A stretch of 64,000 bases of DNA from Lingula anatina. Its lineage: Eukaryota; Animalia; Brachiopoda. The notes under the pieces were generated by a model. It did not search any database. It was not told the origin of the DNA and was given only the letters and a program-made list of their open reading frames with translations. Below are positions 25,563-38,151 of the stretch, one piece after another. Position numbers and translations under genes: made by a program. The first letter of the stretch is position 1; the number at the start of each line of letters is the position of its first letter. The DNA lies in NCBI GenBank assembly GCA_051362555.1, contig CM120641.1, positions 44,274,401 to 44,338,400 of the forward strand. Direction: 5' to 3'.

Positions 25563-27189
25563 GTGTATTATCTCAAACTAAGAAAAATTTGTATGGCACG
25601 TCTTTGAAAACGCAGTTAAAGGTCTTTCCGTACGTCATTGCCATCTTCGTTCAAAGCCCATTATTTGAAACCTTTAAAACAGGTTCCAAAGGACTTATGT
25701 GAACTCCTGTTTAGTCTGTATATATTTACGATTGTTGCGTAAGTCGGTTAATGTATATACATTTTAAGTTCTGAAATCCAATTCTAGATAGTGCTCATAA
25801 ATCACTCAGTTGCGTAATCTGACATAATTTGTTATAAGCTATTGATACCGAGATTATTTTGCCAAGAATTTATAAATCAGACAGTTAATACAGCACTAAG
25901 GGCCCGCTCTGAAAACAACTTCGGCCCAAATATTGACCCTAAAGTTAACACCAAAAATATCGGTCCATTTACATTCTGATTAGATCTGTAGCAAACCACT
26001 AAAATTAAACAACCGTTTCTTTATTATTATTATCATTATTAAGCTGGCACAATGTTAAATTAATTTACACTATTATTGCCAACATTATGGAATTTTTAAA
26101 GAATTTTAATTAATAAAAGACTTTTGAGAAACGTGCCTCGGGACTTACTTACGTCATCATTATATTTATAATCATTGCTTCATTACGTGTACGTAGAGGC
26201 GATTCCAGTTCAGAGTTGGCTGGAGGTGAGTGTGGGTGGGAAAACATAACCCACTTCGACGATATTTATTGCCAGATTTCAATACAGTCATATCAAACAG
26301 ACAACGAGAACTTGTAACCTGTACAAGTGAATATGGATAAGCAGATAGCTAACTGCACATAACTACAGCGCAACCCCCCACCCCCCAAACAAAAAAGAGG
26401 AAATCAACGCACCACGTGCTCAGCAGTTTTGCGCGTGGAAAGCACATTACAGCTCTGGAAAATGAACTTATTATTACAGCAAATCATATGACTTCTTTTG
26501 ACACGATAAAAGTAATGTATTGTTATTGTGGTAAGCACGTGTTTGACACACAGGTGTCTATGAATGGGAATCCCATTATTAGAAATATTACGAGTTGTTC
26601 GCTGCAAAGGTGTTATTTTGATGGGAGAGTGGTTTCCGTGGAAGTGTGTTTGTGCGTGCGTGCGTGCGTGCGTGGGCATGTGCGTTTAGAGAGAGAGGGG
26701 GGTAAATTGTTCGTAATAATTTGAATATGCTTTTAGTCAGTTTATTTCGTCTAGACGTTAACGCAATGCATATTTCCTAACAATATTTCAAGTGGTATTT
26801 TAAAAGGGATTATTTTAACTCAAAACATTGGGAAGGTCTCCTATCGATAATCCATAATTATTTATTTATTTTCTGAGGTGGCACATAAGCCCACCCCCTC
26901 CCCCACAGATTCTCTTATACACAGTCGTAATATCTCTACATTGAGTTACCATTGATTAGTGCGGATAACGTACGATAGTATGATCGTCCGTTATAAAATC
27001 AATTTGCTACTAAAAGGGGCGCGGCATGACTTAATGGCACTTTAATACTGACATATATACCTTCACTAAGTAACGGCTGAAAAGAGAGATATTGACAGGT
27101 TAATGTGAAATATTTTAAATCAAATTTGGAGTGTTTTTATATTTTTCACCTCCGCCCCCACCCTGAGTTTCAGAGGTTTCTGTATCTGT

Positions 27190-27413
27190 GGGCTCACTCC
27201 CAATGAAACTGTCGTTCCACGTAGTTCGATCCAACATCGCAGGGACTCTCGCTGAATGCAGTCAGATAAAGAAAACAGAAAAGCTGGTGATTAAACTAGT
27301 ACGTTGAAAACAAAGGAGAGCATGTTAATCTATTAATCTGATTGCATTCAGCTAGAGTCCCCACGGAATTGGATCGATCCACGTCGAACGATAGTATAAT
27401 TGGGAATGAGCCC
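27190..27413. mobile_element. Palindromic PIF/Harbinger-like MITE (same family as 17804)
   Basis: GGGCTCACTCCCAAT...GGGACTCTCGCTGAATGCAGTCAGAT / ATCTGATTGCATTCAGCTAGAGTCCC...ATTGGGAATGAGCCC. Confidence 0.8.
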
Positions 27414-28007
27414 TATTTGAGTGGAAACGGCTGAAGCCTGCAGGCGTCAGAGAAGTGTGTTTCCAGTGACCTCTGAAACTTGGGTAGCTCCGCCCCGGAA
27501 GGTCACAGACTTTTGGAAAGCTAATGCTTAAATAAAATTGCTGGAAGAAAAAATATCGGGTCTAGTGGAACCATTTGGGATAGGTAGTGGGGAGGGGACT
27601 ATATCAACAGTGATTATAGACGCCAGTTTGGGATTGTAGTGTTAAAACACTCGGTCGAGTGAAGCCGATATCTTGCCCACTTCAGTTACCCGGTATATGC
27701 CGTTATTTGCCAACATTACGGTAGCCGTATCAAGCCACGCAGTCGGCACACAAGACAATGGGGGATTCAATTTCCACTTGCGTTATTGGACCTGGCGTTT
27801 TTCACACAGGCTAATGAGATCACAATTCATATTCGCACAAAAATAATGAGATGGCAAATCATGCGTTATGTCACAAATGATAGTTGTTTCGTGTGAGCGG
27901 GCTCAATTATATACTGGTAGAATTGTTTATGATACAGCGGGCTTAAAAAGACTATTTAAAACAAAAGACCGTAGAAACATGAAATAAAATTAACCATTGT
28001 ATATCAT

Positions 28008-28086
28008 CACACACACACACACACACACACGCCGCACGCACGCGCACACACGCACGCACGCACGCGCACACACACACAAACACACA
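28008..28086. repeat. Compound (CA)n/(CGCA)n microsatellite
   Basis: Direct inspection. Confidence 0.9.
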
Positions 28087-31063
28087 TTGTTTTCTATAAT
28101 TATATAAGCGACCCCTACTTCATGTGCCCCCCCTCCCCCTCTCCGCCACTAACCACTGAACATCCGAGTCAGCTATCCTTTGATATTGTTGCCGACGAGA
28201 GTTTCTGTTTAAATCATTGAAAAAATGTAGAGGATACCGGACACAATTATCTTAGTAAAAGGTGGTTCTTCTTCTGATACACGCAGAATTTAGATCAGAT
28301 CGGCATAAATAACTGCAGATAAAAACGTAGTTACCCCCTCCCCCCCCCCCCCCCCCCCTATTGACGGCACCTTGCTACAGATTGTGGAATGAATAATAAC
28401 GCTTATTTAAATAAAGATCTTATTATTTCCTTCAATAGGGACAGGCGGAGGTCACACTGAGATATCTGGAGCCTTGTAGCAGATAGTCCACCCTCCATTA
28501 GGTTCCTACATGTCAGGGTCAGTGAGACGTAAATGGGTCAAAATCTAGGACGGGGCTTACCTGAACAAATCAATGGGATCCGGTGTTTGTATCCCAGGAA
28601 ACTCTCTCCTTACATGACACAGGTGTCACCAAAGGACTGTAGACAGAAAAGTATAGTGTTAACTGTGAGACAAATTTTGAGCATTTCACTTCAGAACAAG
28701 CCCATAGAAGTCCACGAAAACAGAACTATTAAGTAAAACAGTACTGTTCATACATATAAAGCAGATGCAGTATTTCAATTGATCAGGCTATCGGCAGTCA
28801 AAGTAGACCAGGATTTGGTCACGATTCTCAGTAGTTTACCTGATATTGAAAGATCGGCTCTTGGAAATAACTAGATGCGGCTTACCCATGGCTCTTGTAA
28901 AATATATTGTGTATTTGTGCAACAATGATACATATCTTTAAAGTACAACAAATATCTCTGTCAAGCAGTGTCAGACACAGACTTTGCCAAGTCTTGGGAA
29001 GAAAGAAAAGGCAGTGTGTCTGGAAGTGTGCGTGCGTGTCCGAAGTCATGCGTGTATAGGAAGACGAGTATAGACCATTTACATATGTATATTGGTATGG
29101 CTTTTATTTTTTGGGAGTGGGCCTGGCCGGAACTGCCTCTCTCCAATTTCACGTGTCCTTGCATCATGTATTTATTTGTTTTCTTTTAATTATACTTACC
29201 GGAGGATATATTGATTTGGAAGCTGATCCTCCGGTATCAGGTAAATTACTGAGAATCGTTAGCGGGAGAACAAACACGCCTACACGTGGTTTTAACAAGA
29301 GGACAGAAATGGCGTCTCGGCGTCAGATCAGTTTGCATTTACGTCTGGGACTCAGGTTTCTCACCAAGCCTAGGTAGTGCTCTAGTCAGATTCACGTCAG
29401 GTCCAGCTTAGAACGGTCTAGACCCCGTTTTGCAAAGCGACTAAAATCGGAGATTGGTCTTAGCAAGGACGGCTGACAATTCTTTAATTAATTAAAAACA
29501 ACTCGTTGTTTTTGGTCGGAACGGAGCCCATAAGGCAAATTTCTATTATATTGAGAATGAATGTTAGTATCATTGATGACAATAACCAAGTCAGGTTTGT
29601 TAACTACATTCATTGTAGCTAGGCCAGGTGGGAGTCAACCTGATGAGAGTGCGCCTACATTATAGAATTATAGATGATATTTGATATTTCCGACGTAACG
29701 ATGAAGGAGCGTCATTTGAGGTTCAAAATTGCGTGTCAGGGTATGAACAATATTGCCGTATGCTTTTAATGGTTTGGTTCTGTATCCTGGTAATCGGACT
29801 CTATTACTGTCCATAGATAAATACTATATTATCCATCAAGATATTCGAGCTTTGTGGTCGCACATCTTTTGGTCATTGTTCATTTCGCTTAATGAACGGA
29901 CAAGATAAGTCGTTACTGGTAATACTTCGGGTGCGTTTGAAGACCCGTTGTAATTAATGGTTTTGCTGTTATTGACAGTACTGTCATCGATCATCAGGTG
30001 TATTTTTACAACGAATCTTCTTCGCTTAATATAGCGCCCTAACATTTGACCTCTTTCAAGGACAATCTGCTTTTAGGTCCAATATCGTATTCATGATTTT
30101 TAATGGGTCTAATGATGTTTTCACGTTCAACGAACAACCAGCTTTATGTTGATTGTAAAGGACCATGTTCGACTGAAGGTAAAGAACATCACAAACATAT
30201 TTCCTAAACACATCTCGAGCTGTTGCCGTTCGAGCATGGTAACCTTAAATGTGTGATCTCAAAAAGAATCGACTTCTATCCCAAAGCGACTTGTTCAATT
30301 ATTTCATTTTTAAATGTTTCAGCTTTCCCCTAGGCATCTTGATAATACTTGTAGAGGCGGTTCTAGCAATCCCCAGACCCCGGATGTTAGCCACTTACGG
30401 GTAACACGATGATAATGTTTTCGAGATCACGATTGTCAGGCTCGCGGCACTAAAAATAAATGCAAAATAGTCCCTACTTTATTACATCTTTGATCAGGTT
30501 AAATATGACGGGTGTTTTATCTGAAAAAAAAAAAACGTTTTGCTAAAACGTTTATTACTTGACAAGAGTGACATGTGAGTGATAAGACTTTCATTTAATT
30601 ACAGTAACATTGCAAATAGTTTAAAAAGAGTAAGAGAAACAATATGAATGTTGAAATAAAAATAAGGATACTTTTTCAACTTACTTATAACAAGAAATAT
30701 AGTTCATTATATATTTCTCAAACGCCGTTGTCCCGTTTTGGCACCAAAAGAGCGCCTGACCTAGTCTTATGTTGTTCTCATGGCAACAAGTCGATTTGAA
30801 GCTGGGGAATTCTCTCATATTGTAATTCGCACTTGAGATTAGTGTTAGTGAAAGCTCAGTCAAACGATGTAATCTCCGTGATTGGATATATGGGCATTTT
30901 CTCCCTGCTGCAGCTTATAATTGGAGGTGATTTTTGTGTATAGCGATTACAAAATAAGCTGACGAGCAAGGCTGCTGTTCTCTTAATTAAAAATTGTTAA
31001 TAAAGGAAGTAAAAATCCACGCTTATGCACTCGAGTGCAAAGGCCTGAAAACTAGAATGCTGT

Positions 31064-31625
31064 TTTTATAGGCATACACTTTAAGTGCCTGCATATATTG
31101 CGAACTCTGTGTCGGTTTATGTCGTTCTTTACACTATAACTGCCAAGGCCTTTTTTGTTTCACTTTAAGTTTGCTGAGTGGTCTGCATTGATAAAAAAGA
31201 GCAGACTCTTTACAAAATCAGCATGATTGGATTATTTTTACGAATATTGATATTTTCCATGTATTCTGACGATCATTGCTTCATAAGTATCTAATCGTAT
31301 TATTGTTTATTTCAAATTTATTGAGTGCCTTTATTTGGTTAAAAAATGACTGCTCCTTTCAAAAATTAGCATGTTCGAATTGCTTTTGCGAGATATTGAT
31401 TTTTTAAATGTGTTTGGTGATGTTCTCCCTCCAAGTGCCAAACCGTATATTTTGCATTGTTTGGTGTAGGGCAGATTAATTTTGAAATTCAGCAGCATAG
31501 ATTAATTTTCGCAACTGTTATACAGGTTTGTGGTGTCGTGCAATTCTGCAGTCCGGTCCGATGTTTCTTTAACCCAATATATTGGGGCTGTTACTAGAGT
31601 TGTATTAAAACCGTGTCTTGTTTTA
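31064..31625 (+). mobile_element. Old diverged HINE-like remnant with repeats resembling the 161-bp unit
   Basis: AAAATCAGCATGATTGG (about 31214), AAAATTAGCATGTTCG (about 31362) and GAAATTCAGCAGCATAG (about 31485) echo GAAAATCAGCATGATCGG of the 8175 array; ends in TCTTGTTTTT. Confidence 0.35.
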
Positions 31626-31757
31626 TTTTATTTTGTTTTGTTTTATTTTATGTTAGCAAAAGTAACCTTTCTGAACTGTTTGGATATTTGAAAGCGATGA
31701 ACATGTAATTTTTAGTTTAGCAATTGACTGATTATATTTAGGTTTGAAAGTTGCTGT

Positions 31758-31871
31758 TCTCTCTCTCTTTCACACACACACACACACAAACAAACAAACA
31801 ACGCACACACGCGCGCGCGCACACACACACACATACACACACACACACACATACACACAAACACACACACA
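31758..31871. repeat. Compound (CT)n/(CA)n/(CG)n microsatellite
   Basis: Direct inspection. Confidence 0.9.
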
Positions 31872-32769
31872 ATTGAGCCAACTATTAGCCCCATCTGTCA
31901 CCCTCTACCACCCTCTTCTCCCGTCACCATCCCTCATCCTCCTTCCGCAAAGAGACATCTCCCTGCAACAACTCACGTAGGCTAATGCCTTGACCCCCAG
32001 TCTCCGTGACGCTTGGATTTACCATGAACTTTCCGCAACATCATCATCATCATTTTATCTAACATTGTTGCCGACGATTTCGAGAAACATATGGATCTGA
32101 TCGATTTGTCAGGGCGCGAGCACCATCTAATCAGGCGGAGAGCGTTTGGGATTATTAGCTGCAGAATCGAGCCAGATATGCCGAGTTGTCAAAATCATTA
32201 TACACGTAATTACTTTCCAACAGATGTATCTTTTGTGCATTTGAGGGAGTACCATATCAAATCGGAGCAGTGGTTAATACGTGTAATCCGCATAACAGAT
32301 GATGGAGTCTACTACGGGGACTGAAGTACACTTTGATTGAATTTACATTACGTATTCTTCAACTACGAAATAGCATGTTCACACGATTCCCGCTTCCTAT
32401 TGCTTACGACCCTAGCTAGATAGAATGAACGTGCTTTGTTTTGGGAGGTAAATACACTCTCAGTAATAAATTAAACTACCATTATTTCTTTTCAACTTGC
32501 ACTTGACTAGCATTTAGGATTTTTATATTTTATTCACCAATTGGATATCCAGTGTGGCACCCTCCATCTATGTCAAGTGATAATCAAAGTTGAACTTATA
32601 TAATTGATTACACTGAATTTACAGAATAGATGATACAACGCCGGCATTATATCATGTTATAAATTAAATAAAAATCTTCATGTTCTATAATAGTTGTAAT
32701 ATTCACCTATACGATCCTATCCAATCGTTAGTATTGGTAACAGCTATTGTATTTGATTTTACCCAGATA

Positions 32770-32940
32770 TTATTACCTCCAACAAGGAGGTTATATTTTT
32801 GCATTTGTTGGTTTGTAAGCGTTAAAACAATCTAACTCGAAAAGTCATTGACGGACTTTAATTGATTTTAATTAATTTTAATAAATAAATCAGTAATAAT
32901 GATAATTGAACTGACTTGGCGAAGGTTTTCTAGAGTGTTT
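32770..32940 (+). mobile_element. Short, internally deleted HINE/DINE-like element
   Basis: TTATTACCTCCAACAAGGAGGTTAT 5' hairpin and 3' subTIR CTTGGCGAAGGT. Confidence 0.55.
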
Positions 32941-33878
32941 ATGCGTGCATGCGTGAGAACAAGTGTGTGTGTGTGTAAGCGGTATTCCTTGTATCGAAGC
33001 CTGCTCAAACAGACATCCAATCTGAACACGAAAGACCCAGACCCTCTGTTCTAAGGCTGGAAACTTCACTCCGTGACAAACATGCCTCTCTTGTTCCCAG
33101 TATCCGGGCAAGCTGACAAAAGAGGAGAGTTCACAGTGATCTCTGGAAATCAGGGTCCAAACCGGATGGTCGAAAATAAATGTGTCAAGCCGTCAGCGTA
33201 GCCGCAATTCCGCCTCTGTTCACATTCTCAGCTAGCCTGCAACGAAACCAATCAATATTTTATCTAAACGAAGTCGTGATCCAAATAACAAATTAGTTGT
33301 CCCACCCGCGATATGACGTCTAAAACAACACACAATCATGAATACAAACAGTTTGACAGCAGAGATTGCCTCACGACGTCGTGATCATGTAGACTTGTAT
33401 TAATTCACACTTTGGATATGATTTCGATCTCTGCAATGACGACAAATTAATTATATCCAAGAATGGTATACATGCAGTTCTATAATAAACAGTTTTAAAT
33501 GTTCAGAATCCTCGACTGAAAGAATTTTTTGGATTTGCCAGGGATTTTAGTGAATCTTTCATTTGTTAATTTCATTTGTTCAGTTCCTTTTTCAGAAATT
33601 AATAATCTCAGAATCTCGCCGCGCATGAGTGGATAATAAGCATGCCGAGTTTCATAAAACATACCTCTGTTATCAGCAAGCCTCTGTCGTTCAGTTTCAG
33701 AAATAACTGGAAATAACTTCCACTGACGGTAGATTCGAGGTAATAGTAAATATCTGAAACTCAGGTTAAGTATAAGAGAATCTGTATTATTCAGATAGAC
33801 CAAGTATATTTGCTGTAATCTACTCCCTTCGTACTTAAAATCTATGTGATATCCAGGAAAACGACTATACAGCGATCT

Positions 33879-34010
33879 TTATTATCTCCGCCAAGGAGGT
33901 CGTTTCTTGTTCCGTTTGTCTGTTTGTCTGTTTGCCCCTTTGACTGTTTGTCTCTTTGTCCGTTTGTCTGTTTGTCTGTTTGCCCGTTTGTCCGTTTGTC
34001 TGTTAGCAAA
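33879..34010 (+). mobile_element. 5' end of a HINE/DINE-like element with GTTT/GTCT microsatellite
   Basis: TTATTATCTCCGCCAAGGAGG followed by (GTTTGTCT/GTCC)n and GTTAGCAA. Confidence 0.6.
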
Positions 34011-34011
34011 G

Positions 34012-34013
<2 letters not shown>

Positions 34014-34053
<40 letters not shown>
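34014..34053. repeat. (CT)n microsatellite; (CA)n nearby at 34481-34519
   Basis: Direct inspection. Confidence 0.9.
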
Positions 34054-34057
<4 letters not shown>

Positions 34058-34476
34058 TTGACAACAAAACTCATAAACTAGAAGACTTTATGGTTTTTCT
34101 CATCATTCCCTTTTTTATTTTTAAATTCTTTACGGATATCTTCTTATTTATGGGGGGGGGGGTACATATACTACAAGTCTATCCACGTTTTTACTTCGCC
34201 TTATATTATGTTCAAGGTAAAACGCTGGTGAAACTCAGGGTTTGAGAATCGTGGTCACTTCACTGATTACTCAGATTAGCAAGACTGTTCTAGCAGTCGA
34301 AATTCATTAAGCAATGTATTCAGTCCTTTGACTGAGATCTTGATTGTCTTCGAATACCAATGTTACAAATCAACGGCCAGTGGGATCAAATAGGGTTCAA
34401 AGGAAGGATGTGTTGAGAGTCTTCTTCATGCAGGCGACCGCATGCACACGCTCCCTCTCTCTCTCTCTGAAATGTG

Positions 34477-34521
<45 letters not shown>

Positions 34522-37500
34522 CCTTTCAAATCCCGTAGAGTATGATAAATGTATCAAAAACTTGCATGATCAAAGCAGCCCGTTCTCCGCTGGGAATATG
34601 TTAAACAACCATATGATACTCTCTGGATGAACATAAAATATTAACCAAGGGTGGATTTACTTCTAATAGCCATTATTTGAACCGTGTTATATGCTATTCG
34701 TAAGCGGTTTTGAATTGCCGTCGTGGCACACGCACGCACACGCACGCACACGCACAACCACACGCAGTGAACCACTAGGTGGGGTTAGCCCACCCTCCTT
34801 AGGACAAATTCACGAAATCGGCTGAGAGATCTGAAAAACCGTAATTAGGTATTTAACTTGTTAGAATAATGAAAGAACATAACACAATGTGGTGGCCTGA
34901 CAATTGTATAATACATCTACCATTGCAAAACTTAATGTAAATGAAGACTATGCGTTAAGAATATGGTAATTGATGTCTACATTGTTATCAACTTAGTTCA
35001 TTTTTTAATCATTTTTCACAGTCACGATTAACTACAGTGAGTTTTCAATTCTGGTGAACGAATCTCGACAATCTAGAGAAAGGTGAATATGGTCACCTTC
35101 AAAAGGACCAAATGTTTAAGAATCGTGTGGTTCGGACCCTGAAACTCAAGGTTCTCGCAGTAGAAGAAGCAGATGAGCAGAGATATACTTAAGTTGTTTT
35201 AGACTGCATTTGTCTGGGTTAAACGTGAGACCATATATTGGACCCCATATGAGCTGTTTTTACTTAATAACATAACGTCAGCCTGCCAAATAATGCATCT
35301 TTTTGCCTTCGTTAAAACAAAACGCAATACGGCTATAAAAAAACAGTGGTGATTTTTTCTACAAGTCATGACGTATTCTTCGGTTATGGAAATTCCGGCT
35401 TGTGGTCAGACAGGCAGACAATGTTTCCGTTATAGCACTTCTGCGGATTTTGTTGCACTGACGCAAATGTTGCGAAAATAACTCACTTAAAGTGAATACC
35501 GTTAGGATATAGACATAGAAGAAATGAAATTAGTTCACTGAACTTTCTTTACGCACTCTATCCACAGTTCACATTAATTCGTAGACGATAATGGCCATAC
35601 GATATTGATATTAAAGTGAACAGTATCAAAAGGTGATTCTCAGATAAACTGCTGACTTCATTGCGGGTACGCACAGTATCGTGCGTGAATTCTGAGCTTA
35701 AGGAACGACAAGGCACATACTGGGTCAGCCAAATGTTCGTAAATCTTGACAGATTGTCATGATTGGTGACAGCTTTACACGTTTGGTAAATGGTCATTTA
35801 TTCCATCAGTTTAAGAGTTGCAGTTTATGTAACCAGTCTTCAAGCACCAAGGATGTAAGGAACTCCGAAGCATTAAAGAAAATGTGCTACATTATACAAA
35901 AAAAGGAGAAAAAGGTGTCTGCAACAACATTTTGTTTTCTCTTTTCCAGTTGGAAAAAACTAGACTGGACTAAGAAACTATGTCTAATCCAACATTAAGG
36001 TTTTTCGCTTTCAGATGGAAAAACTGGACGGTACTGTTTTCAGGGTACCTTCAATATGGCAATGTCGTTTAAGATATGTTTTTTTTTTAACTGCTTTGTG
36101 ATCATACTTAGCATGGAACAAAATAGCCGAAATTTTAATTCAAGTTGAAATTAAACTAAGCAATTCTTTAGCTGTTTATTTTTTTGTATATATATTTGAT
36201 ATGTTTTTAGTCGTTCAGTGTATTTATCATTCAGTTTGTATTCAAGCGTAGGGGTAAGTTATTAACTTTGATGCTGCTGACATAAATACGGGCTTTAATA
36301 AAAAGCGTAATATGGCATAAAAAATTATTTATGTAATGTACAGAGGTAGTACAAATGGTGAATGGCGACAGCTTTTTGCTAGTAGTTAAGTCACAATGAT
36401 CGGCGATGCTGGTAATTCTCTTGAAATTTTCGGAAGTTACCATTATAGTGAGCCGATGGGTCAAACGTTGATCTCGTATCGGTAAACAAAATCGTTAAAT
36501 TGTCAAAATATTGTGTAAACAGTTGCAAGATGCATATGGCATCCGAGAATTTTAGGCCGAGGGACACGTCTATATTTTCAAAATAAATTCAAATCGAAAT
36601 TAAAATGGCTGGCAGACTTGGGAGATTGGGTTTTCCTTTGGGTCCAGGGGCGGCGCCATTTTGGTTTCGAACCATGAAATCACCTGTTCAGTCGGTCGTC
36701 CGGTAACGCCGACAGGACCTAAACTGGTTTATATTCTTAATCGGTGTAGAAACGCTTATGTATCGTCCTGTATTTTATAGTTACGTGGATAACCAACCCT
36801 ATGTTGGCCGCAGCATGCTATGCTTTATCCCATCAAGTATGTCTATCCCTATCAACCTCGATAACATCTTCCACATTGATGCCCTTTTGACGACAATATT
36901 ATACATGAATGTATTTCAAAGCAAGTTTCGATGTTCAGCATGCAAGACCTTTTCATCAAGTTACACCCTTCCAAATTGAGGTTCACAGACAATCCTCCCC
37001 CTTCATTATAAGACTATATTTGGCCATTATTTGACAGAGTCTAGATTGTCTCCTTTTTAATGACAGTGAACTGCAGAACGAGAGATTAATATATTTTTTG
37101 CTTAGTATGGAGATTTTTTAGACTCCGGGTGAGACAGACACGATGTGAAAACACAGAAAACACATATGTTGTTATCGAATGCATCTTCTGCATGTGCATG
37201 CCTGTTTGCGTGCATGTTTATGCGTGCATGTGTTTGGGTCTGTGCGTGTCGGGGTTAGCGGGGAGGGGGCGGGATAGGGACGGTATCGCATCGTATGAAA
37301 AAGTAAAACAATTTCACACAGGTTTCATGTTCTATTTAAATATTTTTATTCGGTATTTTACATTTACATTTGGATGAAAAATGATCAAATGATATCTGAG
37401 TTAAAATGTGCTCAGATGCTTGCTTCCGTTTGGCAGTTAGTTTCAAAAAATGATACTTAAATAAATGATATTTGTGTGTTATTACTGAAACTAGACTACA

Positions 37501-38112
37501 GAAACGTAGGCATACATAATTGCCCAGAATTATTTTCGCCAATACAGGATTTCTGATGACGCAAATAGCTACACTAGACAAACAAAAGATTTATTGAACT
37601 AATAATAAGAAAATATACTAGAAGTAATAGAGCACTCAATTGATGTCCACGATTTGGCTAATTTAAAATCAAACCACCATTGGTTTCAGATAACGACTTC
37701 CATTTATCACTGGGAGTAGTTTTATCTCGATGGCATGAGTATGCCACAGCTAACAAACCTCTTAAAGAAACATGAAATACGCACATTTAAAGTTGAAGCC
37801 AGCCTAATGCACTGAAACCCAGTAAGTTTTTAAACACTGAGATTCAGTTTACTTAAGGCGTTTTTTCTTTCTTTCTTGGTCTAAATCAGTATAACTTAAC
37901 CAAGTGCCCCCCGATCCTCAGGGTGCTGGGGGAATTCGAATACTTGTACGTCACACATGCGATGGAGAGTTTGTCTGAGTTTGTCTGGAGGAAGTGGAGG
38001 CGATAGTTCATCAAAGATGGCGTGCTGGCAGGCAATCTAACGCTATCATGACCAAATAACTGCTATGATTCCATTGCTAGGTCTATGGTTAATATGAGCG
38101 CAAGTTGGGACG

Positions 38113-38151
<39 letters not shown>

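Noticed and set aside
29192-29236. ATACTTACC (U1 snRNA 5'-end-like) overlapping an 11-bp stem TACCGGAGGAT/ATCCTCCGGTA
   Set aside because: Diverges from U1 after 9 nt with no U1 stem-loops or Sm site; stem too short for a pre-miRNA.
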